DNA of 64,000 nucleotides from Alphaproteobacteria bacterium (GTDB lineage Bacteria; Pseudomonadota; Alphaproteobacteria; RF32; CAG-239): NCBI GenBank assembly GCA_017444525.1, contig JAFSWL010000022.1, positions 6,646 to 70,645 of the forward strand, read 5' to 3'. Shown piece by piece: positions 56,800 to 64,000 of this stretch (position 1 is its first letter; each line of letters starts with the position of its first letter). The notes under the pieces were generated by a model. It saw only the letters and a program-made list of their open reading frames with translations, ran no database searches and was not told where the DNA came from. The position numbers and the translations under genes were made by a program.

Positions 56800-58437
56800 A
56801 TGCAAAGATTGAATTTGAAATATTTTATCGGTAGTTTCTTTCTTTCGTTGGTAGCGGTGTTTATTGCAACGAAAGCGTATTTAGTACTATCGTTGGCTAC
56901 ACAACAAGAAGAATTAAATGTGCAAAATGTTACCGCCAAAAATATTGAATTATTTGCGGCTAACGAAGAAAATGACCCGATTTATGAAAAATATAAAAAA
57001 TTATCAACCGCCGATGCTCCTCTCGGCGCAAACGCTGTAATTAACACAAATATTACCGCTGCAGACAAAACATCTGATGACGTTGCTGTCGGTTCGGATG
57101 AAATCTTGTATGCTTCCGATGATTCTGGCAATTGGATAAAAGGCGATGAAAATTATGCCGGAAGAGCCGAAGATGAAATTTTGGCATCGCCTCTTATCGA
57201 AAACACTGCTGTTACTGATACGGAACTGCAAATTGTCAATAATAAAAACCATCAAGACGAAGAATTGCAAATTGTCGATGCTGCGACAGCTGTAGATTTT
57301 GCTATTCCGCTAAAACATAACTATAAGATTGAAAACGGTATTGTTTCGGTTTCGGATGAAGCTGATAACGGTAGGATAGCTTTAGCTTCGCAGAACGTCA
57401 GCATTTATAACTTAGGAACAGAAAACACGGCAGACATTACCGAACCGCTGTCTGAAAGAGGCACGGAAGAAGTTGCCGAGAATCAGACAGAAAATAAGAA
57501 AAGTAATATGGAAGTGTCACAGAATACTGCCAATGATCCGTGGGATGTGGCTGAAACCGCTAACAAACACATTAACAAAAATACATACGGAGTTAAAAGC
57601 GAACCGTTGCAGCAAGATGTTACACTGCCAGATGCCGAAACTTCAGATGACAAACAAGTGGCATATAAATTACAGCCGAATATCCTTATTCCGATTCCGG
57701 AAGATATTTTGAATGACGATAATTTGACGCCGCAATTTTCTACATCCCAAGAGAATCTGAAGTTAGAACAAAGACTGCGTGATGAACGTCAACTGCCGGA
57801 ATTAAAACCGGAAGAAAGAATTTCTAATAAGCCTGCCAAGCAGAATAAACGCACTGAAAGCACTATTCAAAGCATTGATGATGAAAAAGACTTTGACAGC
57901 GACGCAAATTTCGAAACTTCCGAAGAAGATGTGGAAACCTCCAAAAAACTTTCGGATAATGTAGCTGCATGGTTTGATGGTGTACGCAGCAAAGTAACCG
58001 GATCCGATGAGAAGAAATCAGCTCCGAAAGCGAAAAAAAACACAAAAGAAAAACACAGTTCCATATTTCAGAGATTGTTGGGCAGCAAAGATGAACAAAA
58101 TATTGTGCCGACCGAACTTAAATTATCTTTTCAACCGAATCGCGCTGAAATTTCGGGGCAGACGTTGGATTGGTTGCACGCTTTTGCTGACAATGCCGTC
58201 AGCGATGAGAATATTGTGGTTGAAATTCGAGTTGACCGTTCTGCATCGCACGAAGTTCAACAAAGGAGATTAAAGTTGCTGTACAAAATATTGGCTGATA
58301 ACGGTGTGGAACCGCAAAAAGTTAATATAATGTTTACTGACAGAGAGCCAAACTCTTTTATTATTAGGAATGTACGATATGTCACCGACGAACAACGGGT
58401 AGAAGCGACAAAACACTTTGATAACCCTTGGAATTGA
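56800..58437 (+). CDS. membrane-anchored acidic protein with possible degenerate OmpA/MotB-like C-terminal domain
   Basis: 545 aa with an N-terminal TM and a long D/E-rich low-complexity region. The C-terminal ~110 aa (LSFQPNRAEISGQTLDWL...VVEIRVDRS...RRLKLLYKILADNGV) are loosely OmpA-C-like. Confidence 0.35.
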   Translation: MQRLNLKYFIGSFFLSLVAVFIATKAYLVLSLATQQEELNVQNVTAKNIELFAANEENDPIYEKYKKLSTADAPLGANAVINTNITAADKTSDDVAVGSDEILYASDDSGNWIKGDENYAGRAEDEILASPLIENTAVTDTELQIVNNKNHQDEELQIVDAATAVDFAIPLKHNYKIENGIVSVSDEADNGRIALASQNVSIYNLGTENTADITEPLSERGTEEVAENQTENKKSNMEVSQNTANDPWDVAETANKHINKNTYGVKSEPLQQDVTLPDAETSDDKQVAYKLQPNILIPIPEDILNDDNLTPQFSTSQENLKLEQRLRDERQLPELKPEERISNKPAKQNKRTESTIQSIDDEKDFDSDANFETSEEDVETSKKLSDNVAAWFDGVRSKVTGSDEKKSAPKAKKNTKEKHSSIFQRLLGSKDEQNIVPTELKLSFQPNRAEISGQTLDWLHAFADNAVSDENIVVEIRVDRSASHEVQQRRLKLLYKILADNGVEPQKVNIMFTDREPNSFIIRNVRYVTDEQRVEATKHFDNPWN

Positions 58438-58476
58438 GGTGCTATCCTGTTTTAACCTGTATTATAGGAAAATACG

Positions 58477-59205
58477 ATGAAACAAAATATTGAGAGAAAA
58501 ACAATGATTAATAAATTTATGATTACCGGCTTGGTATGTTGTGTTTTAGGCACAGTCGGTTGTATCAGCGCGGCACCGCAAGGTAGTGTTCCGAACTATC
58601 CGGAAGAACAATGCCGCGACGGTATTTGCACCAGCAATAATGAATATACGGCGGTTTGTGTGGAAAATGCTGCCGGATACAGCGAATGCACCGATAATAC
58701 AAACGTAAATTATACTCGCACTCAAGCCGATTTCCGCGCTTACGGAGAAAGATCCCCGCGCGATCATCGTATTACGCAGGCCGCAGCCGGTAATAACATT
58801 TCTGCAACGATTATGCCGAGTATAAATGACGAAGTGATTGAATATGAAGCGGAAGTAACGGCTACACCGTCGGCCGCAATTGCACAAGAAATGCCGGAAA
58901 TCACAGAAGTACCGGAAGAACCGCAAGATGACAACCCGAATAAGGATTGGTTGGCCGAGGAAGGTCAAAGTTTGAAAGATTTATTGGTTCAGTGGAGCGA
59001 AGAAGCCGGTTGGCGGCTGATTTGGAAAACAAATCGTAATTATACGCTGAACGCAGGCGCAATGTTCCGCGGCAATTTTGCCGATGTGGCATCTGCGTTG
59101 GTCAGAGCTTTTGCTCGCGCAAAGCCGGCACCGGTTGCAACTTTTTATAAAGGTAATCGTGTTCTGGTAATTGAAACAATGGAGGACGAAAATGCGTATG
59201 ACTAA
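58477..59205 (+). CDS. TcpQ/PilL-like pilus lipoprotein
   Basis: Lipobox TVGC. The C-terminal block DWLAEEGQSLKDLLVQWSEEAGWRLIWKTNRNYTLNAGAMFRGNFADVASALV resembles the TcpQ domain found in PilL/TcpQ proteins. Confidence 0.6.
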   Translation: MKQNIERKTMINKFMITGLVCCVLGTVGCISAAPQGSVPNYPEEQCRDGICTSNNEYTAVCVENAAGYSECTDNTNVNYTRTQADFRAYGERSPRDHRITQAAAGNNISATIMPSINDEVIEYEAEVTATPSAAIAQEMPEITEVPEEPQDDNPNKDWLAEEGQSLKDLLVQWSEEAGWRLIWKTNRNYTLNAGAMFRGNFADVASALVRAFARAKPAPVATFYKGNRVLVIETMEDENAYD

Positions 59206-60808
59206 TTTGTTTAAGATAACTGCTCTTGGTATTTTGGGAATTACGGTGGCCTGTTCTTTCTCGCCGCAAATGGACGAAGATATAACACAAGCAGCTCATG
59301 ATGCCACTGCTTTACATCAACAGGCTTCGGTACCAGACACTCCGGTACCTGACGATGTGGTACGTGTTAAGAATGATATCTGGCTCGGAGATTCTTCCAA
59401 TGTAGAATTTGAAGGAGAGCCGGTTCCGGCGTATTTGGAAGCCAAAGACGGTATCACGCTCATCAGCAATCGTCCAATTACATTGTTCGAAATCGGTTCC
59501 ATGATCAATAAAATCACTTCGTTATCCGTACGTTATGCTCCGGAATTGGAAGAAGATGGAATTAAAGATACGGCCGATGAGAATGAGCCATCATTGGAGG
59601 ATATCGGTGTACAATGGACAGATTCAACCAAAATGCTCGTAAACTACAAAGGCCCTATCAGCGGCTTGTTGGATGAGGTAGCCAATCGTTTCGGGGTTTG
59701 GTGGAAATATGAAAAGAACGAAATTTACTTCTATCGCTATACCACTAAAACCTTTGTATTATATAGCTTGCCAACCAATCCAACACTAAACGTTACGATT
59801 GATGTTTCTGGTGAGGGCGGCGATGGCGATGGAGCCAGCGGTAACTCTTCAATTCAGCAACAAAACACAGTTGATAATATTGATTTATGGTCGCAAATTG
59901 AAGAAACTTTAAGTACTATGACTACCGGAGACGGCACAGTCAGTATCAATCGCGCCAGCGGTACGATTACGGTTACCGATACACCAGCTAACATTCGCCG
60001 CATTTCCAAATTTATTAACGAACAAAATGTCCGTTTATCAAAGCAAGTTGCCATCAGCGTTAAAGTATTTATGGTTGACCTCGGCAGTAGTGATAAATAT
60101 GGCTTTGACTTAAATAAGTTGCGTTTCGGTGGTGAAAATGGCAGAGGCTCCATCGAAAGTATTTCCGCAATCGAGAATACCTCAGGTATCAGCGGCGGCG
60201 GACTGTCGATGCTGATATCTTCAAAAGATTGGAATATAGATGCTGCAATCAGAGCTATTTCAGAAGATTCCAAGGGAAAACTCGTAACCAGCGGTACAGT
60301 AACCACTATGAACAACAAGCCGGCACCGATTCAGGTTACACGCGTTGGGTACTATAATAAAAATATGTCAACCACTTCAACTTCCACCGGTAGCGACAAT
60401 AATGACAGTTCTACTGACGTAGAAAGCTATACAACCGGCTTTATGATGAGTGTTTTACCAAGGATTTTGGATCATGGACGTTTGATGGTGTTCTTTAATC
60501 TTACTTTGTCTGAAAAGGTGGATGATGAACCTATTCAGTACGCGTTCAATCAACCGCCGTTGATGATGCCTGTAATTGAAACACGCGGTTTTACACAAGA
60601 AATCGCTCTTAAATCAGGACAAACAATGGTGCTTACCGGATACGAAAAAATGCAGGATACGGTTGAAAAACAAGGAACCGGAAATGCTGACAATATGTTG
60701 CTGGGCGGAAAAAACGAATCGCAAAAGGGTCGTTCGGTATTCGTTATTATGTTAACTCCTGTGGTTTTGGAAACGCCATTATCTCCAGAATCCAGAATGA
60801 GCGATTAA
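59192..60808 (+). CDS. pilN: PilN-type secretin lipoprotein (type IVb pilus)
   Basis: Start at ATG 59192 (GGAGGA RBS). Lipobox ITVACS, a secretin N-domain (TITVTDTPANIRRISKFINEQNVRLSKQVAISVKVFMVDL) and a C-terminal secretin core (SGQTMVLTGYEK...RSVFVIMLTPVVL). Confidence 0.75.
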   Translation: MRMTNLFKITALGILGITVACSFSPQMDEDITQAAHDATALHQQASVPDTPVPDDVVRVKNDIWLGDSSNVEFEGEPVPAYLEAKDGITLISNRPITLFEIGSMINKITSLSVRYAPELEEDGIKDTADENEPSLEDIGVQWTDSTKMLVNYKGPISGLLDEVANRFGVWWKYEKNEIYFYRYTTKTFVLYSLPTNPTLNVTIDVSGEGGDGDGASGNSSIQQQNTVDNIDLWSQIEETLSTMTTGDGTVSINRASGTITVTDTPANIRRISKFINEQNVRLSKQVAISVKVFMVDLGSSDKYGFDLNKLRFGGENGRGSIESISAIENTSGISGGGLSMLISSKDWNIDAAIRAISEDSKGKLVTSGTVTTMNNKPAPIQVTRVGYYNKNMSTTSTSTGSDNNDSSTDVESYTTGFMMSVLPRILDHGRLMVFFNLTLSEKVDDEPIQYAFNQPPLMMPVIETRGFTQEIALKSGQTMVLTGYEKMQDTVEKQGTGNADNMLLGGKNESQKGRSVFVIMLTPVVLETPLSPESRMSD

Positions 60809-60827
60809 TTTTTGAGGGAGAAAACCA

Positions 60828-62093
60828 GTGGACGATACGCAAACTGAAGAAAAGGCATGGAAAGCGACATTCAACTGCGGTGGCACTACTTATGCAGCAA
60901 GCCTGTTCTGGCAGCCGTTGTTGAATGAAGACAAGCCTTTACCGGAGGTAAAAGAAGCGGCCGAAAATATTATGGAAGGAGCGGATCTTTATGTTACGCG
61001 TAAAGGAAAATCTGCACAATTCGGTTTAGCGGCCTCTTCGCAAGGTTTTACCAAAGGGCTGCCTTCGGCCGCCATTGCATTGATTTCCGGACTTGGAAAC
61101 GTTACATCTTTTCTGGGAGTGTTTAAGGTTGATACCGGTTGGTGGTATATTTGTTACAGAAACGATGTTATTCTTTCCGACGGCGATACTTTGTTTATAA
61201 GCGAGCGTGATGCCAAAAATCAGTTTATTTCAATGTTGGCTGTACCGGATTGGGATGCCATCTTTGCTCCGGCAGAATGGGCAATAGAAGAAACCAAATC
61301 GGCAGAAATAGAACCGCTGTTAAATCGCGGTTTGCAGGTTAAGTTGGACAAGATTGATGCCAGCAATGATACTATTATGTTGGCGGTTATCGTGGTTTGT
61401 TTTGCCATTATTTTGTGGTTTGCATATTCCACGTTGAAAGATTTGTTCTTCTCTGCACCAAGTGCACCGATTATCGCTCCGATCGAACAGGCCGAGCAGG
61501 CTGAATTGCCGCCTGAACCTAAACCATGGGAGGATCTGAATAATCCGGTAGATGTGATGCGCAGTTGTTATGCCGGTGTTCAAAAAGTGGTTCAAGTAGT
61601 TACTCCGGGATGGGTGTTGGGACAAATTGCCTGCAATCCGAATTCTGGTATTGTTACTTCGTGGACACGTGTACACGGTCGTCTGACTTGGATTGAGCAG
61701 GCTCTTGATGTTTCCGGTGTAGAATTTACATCTCGCGCTTTAGGAAAGGATGGTAATGAGATTATTGTAACCACCCCAATCGAAAAGCCAAAAACATTTA
61801 ATTCACCGCCGGAATATACGGAAGACGACTTAATTAATACCATAAACGATATCAATCAGGCTTTGGACTTGCAACAATTCAATTCGCAGATTATGCTTAA
61901 TCCGATATCTTGGGTATCGCCGCGCGGTACTAAATATCAGCTGTTGGAATTTACCATTACTTCGAATAATGATCCGTTGGAATGGATCGGATTGTTAATG
62001 AAATTTTCAGGCTTATCGATTAAAAGTATAATATACAATATTCACTCTAATGACGCAAAGTGGACTTATAAAGGAGAAATTTATGAATTATAA
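60828..62093 (+). CDS. PilO-like pilus accessory protein (R64 PilO type)
   Basis: 421 aa, GTG start after GAGGGAG, with a single central TM (IMLAVIVVCFAIILWFAY). Size, topology and position after pilN fit R64-type PilO. No motif-level proof. Confidence 0.4.
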   Translation: MDDTQTEEKAWKATFNCGGTTYAASLFWQPLLNEDKPLPEVKEAAENIMEGADLYVTRKGKSAQFGLAASSQGFTKGLPSAAIALISGLGNVTSFLGVFKVDTGWWYICYRNDVILSDGDTLFISERDAKNQFISMLAVPDWDAIFAPAEWAIEETKSAEIEPLLNRGLQVKLDKIDASNDTIMLAVIVVCFAIILWFAYSTLKDLFFSAPSAPIIAPIEQAEQAELPPEPKPWEDLNNPVDVMRSCYAGVQKVVQVVTPGWVLGQIACNPNSGIVTSWTRVHGRLTWIEQALDVSGVEFTSRALGKDGNEIIVTTPIEKPKTFNSPPEYTEDDLINTINDINQALDLQQFNSQIMLNPISWVSPRGTKYQLLEFTITSNNDPLEWIGLLMKFSGLSIKSIIYNIHSNDAKWTYKGEIYEL

Positions 62094-63825
62094 TCTTAAA
62101 AACAAAGCCATAGCGGTTATTGCGTTAGCTTTTATGTTTACGATGGCTATTAGTCATGCAGGGTATGCCGCGGAAGAAAGCACCGCAGCACCGACAGAAA
62201 ATGCCGTTCCGGCGAATCCGGTTGATGGAATGATTCAACCGTTAGCAAGTGCCACTGAAAGTGTTTCGGCTACAGCAAAAGATGTTGCCGACAATGTCAA
62301 TCAGGCTGTAGAGGCGATAGATGATACAGTGCAGAATGTTCAGAATGCGGCCGAAACAGTGCAGGATGTCATTGCCAATCCTGATGCACAGACCGGCGAA
62401 TTGCAGGTTACAACTCCGGAAGCTACCAATGATAATTTAGAATTTTTAAATGAGCAATCTCCTGAAGATTTTTTAAGTAATGACAAACCGTTGATTGATG
62501 CAGCCGATATGTCGGCACAATCAGCCGAAGGGACGGCTCCGGCCGGTTTGGAACTGCCGACTGATGATTCCGGAGAGGAAAATCCGCTGAGTGATGCAGC
62601 TTTGGATGCCGGCTTCGATGAACTTAAGGAGCTGGATCCGTCGTTACCTGAGACCGACGCGCCGAAATCGCCGTTGGAAAAATTCGGTAATGCCATTTTA
62701 TCTAAGGTTGACAACAACCTGTTCAATCAAATGTCGCATATTGAAAAAGAAGCCACCCTCTTGCAACTTGAAAAGAAACGTGAGGAATTGCGAACAAAGG
62801 TGTTGGAAGAACGTCAAAAGAGTTTGGCTATTATTGAAGCTACACGACGTGCCAAAATGCAATTGGAAGAAGAAAGATTAAAAGCCGAAGCCGAGCGTAA
62901 AGCCAAGATTTTGGAAGAAGAGCGTAAACTTAAAGAAAAAGAAATGGAGCTTGAAAAACTCAGACAAGGAAAAATTATCAACGATTATATGAACGAAATG
63001 TTGATGATGAATCAAAAGTGGGTTGAAAAAAGCGCTAAACTGCAAGGCAGAATTAAAGAACTTGAAAACGAGCGTGTTGACTTAATTGAAACCTTTAAAA
63101 CCAAGATAACAAGTATTGACAGTGAAATTCAAAAGACTCGTGAACATGCTGTTGCCGTAGTTAAGGCTCATGAAAAAGTCGTATCTGATTTTAAGAAAAA
63201 AATAGAAGAGTTGGAAGGAACAATCAGTGATTTGAATCGAGCTCTTCTCGAAAGTCGTAAAAAACTCAAAGAAGCCAAAGAAGCCCAGAACATCAATCCG
63301 TTTAAAGAAGGTGATATTAAAAACGGGCCGGATAAGAACGATGTTGATATGTCTAAACAATATGCCATTATGGATATTACCGGACAGGGCGATGATATTG
63401 TTGCCAAGATTATCAACACTGAGGGCAAAGTATTTATTGTTCACAAAGGTTCCAAGTTGAAAAACGGTGAAGAAGTAATCGATATTACCGATCAGTACAT
63501 TTCGTTTGAAAATAATGGTGTGAGCAGCTATCTGTATACAGGTAATACCATTATGGAATTTGAACCTGAAGCTACTTTCGGAGGTACCGGAGAGCTCTTA
63601 TCGGCGACTTCGAAAAAAGATTCTACCGAAGTTATTTATGAAGAAACCACCGTAAATGGAGAACCGGTCAAAAAGGCAAAGAAAATCAAAAGACAAACAA
63701 AACCTAAGGCGGACAGTAAGAGTAAGAAACAGTCTGAAAAAGAGAATCGACCTCAAGGTTCTTCCACTCCGACATCACCTCATGTAGGAGCTCCTTCATT
63801 CGGCCGCGGAATGTTTGTAAGATAA
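62083..63825 (+). CDS. PilP-like protein with long coiled-coil insertion
   Basis: Start at ATG 62083 (AAGGAG RBS) with a signal peptide. Acidic region, roughly 200-aa K/E coiled coil, then the beta module YAIMDITGQGDDIVAKIINTEGKVFIVHKGSKLKNGEEVIDITDQYISFE resembling PilP. Confidence 0.45.
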   Translation: MNYNLKNKAIAVIALAFMFTMAISHAGYAAEESTAAPTENAVPANPVDGMIQPLASATESVSATAKDVADNVNQAVEAIDDTVQNVQNAAETVQDVIANPDAQTGELQVTTPEATNDNLEFLNEQSPEDFLSNDKPLIDAADMSAQSAEGTAPAGLELPTDDSGEENPLSDAALDAGFDELKELDPSLPETDAPKSPLEKFGNAILSKVDNNLFNQMSHIEKEATLLQLEKKREELRTKVLEERQKSLAIIEATRRAKMQLEEERLKAEAERKAKILEEERKLKEKEMELEKLRQGKIINDYMNEMLMMNQKWVEKSAKLQGRIKELENERVDLIETFKTKITSIDSEIQKTREHAVAVVKAHEKVVSDFKKKIEELEGTISDLNRALLESRKKLKEAKEAQNINPFKEGDIKNGPDKNDVDMSKQYAIMDITGQGDDIVAKIINTEGKVFIVHKGSKLKNGEEVIDITDQYISFENNGVSSYLYTGNTIMEFEPEATFGGTGELLSATSKKDSTEVIYEETTVNGEPVKKAKKIKRQTKPKADSKSKKQSEKENRPQGSSTPTSPHVGAPSFGRGMFVR

Positions 63826-63858
63826 AAACAAATATTTTGTAAATGACGGATAAACACC

Positions 63859-64000
63859 ATGGCAGATGATGTCCAGACAATGAATAAAAAAGATGACTTA
63901 TCGGCAGTTACTACTGTCGATAAGTTTCCTGTCGGCAAATCATCAGAGGCCCTGATAAAATCAAATGAAGAGAAAAGTGAAATTTCTCAAGCGCTGTCCG
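63859..64000 (+). CDS. 5' end of the next pilus-operon gene (partial)
   Basis: ATG at 63859, frame open to the window edge (MADDVQTMNKKDDLSAVTTVDKFPVGKSSEALIKSNEEKSEISQALS). Function cannot be assigned from 47 codons. Confidence 0.4.
   Translation, partial: MADDVQTMNKKDDLSAVTTVDKFPVGKSSEALIKSNEEKSEISQALS

Noticed and set aside
24069-64000. T4SS plus type IVb pilus genes suggested an integrative conjugative element
   Set aside because: No relaxase, coupling protein, integrase, oriT-like repeat or att-like direct repeats are visible in the window. The paralog-rich, effector-type VirB layout argues for a host-interaction system. The question cannot be settled without flanking sequence.

Overview
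AT-rich bacterial chromosomal segment. It is most consistent with an alphaproteobacterium of the intracellular or symbiont type, based on hflK-hflC-htrA synteny and a VirB gene order resembling the Rickettsiales vir-homolog layout; this placement is inference only. Layout: (1) 1-7.4 kb is housekeeping (holC, htrA, hflKC, apbC/mrp, BI-1 family). (2) 7.4-20.1 kb is a minus-strand accessory block. It holds a stand-alone 753-aa protein with two HEPN-type Rx4H motifs, and a tightly packed 7-gene operon where two ABC exporter half-transporters sit among five orphan proteins, one a GNAT+HExxH chimera. (3) 20.3-24.0 kb is rpmH-rnpA-yidD-yidC-engB plus a methyltransferase-like gene. (4) 24.1-56.3 kb is one long minus-strand array. 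It contains a Pmp-repeat autotransporter and a VirB-type type IV secretion locus: 3x virB2, virB3, virB4, six signal-peptide proteins without membrane spans (one of 1707 aa), virB8-lipoprotein-virB8, virB9 fused to a SPOR-like domain, a 1413-aa repeat protein, a 1385-aa repeat-expanded virB10, and virB11. No virB6, virB1 or virD4 is present in the window. (5) 56.8-64 kb carries divergent type IVb-pilus-like genes (TcpQ/PilL-like, PilN-type secretin, PilO-like, PilP-like). The most unusual element is a roughly 6-kb near-continuous field of ~17-residue Gly/Asp/Asn-rich repeats spanning two translationally coupled genes in the T4SS core. No rRNA, tRNA, CRISPR array, transposase, integrase or relaxase was recognised. 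All calls rest on reading the translated ORFs and the DNA by eye; no searches were run.
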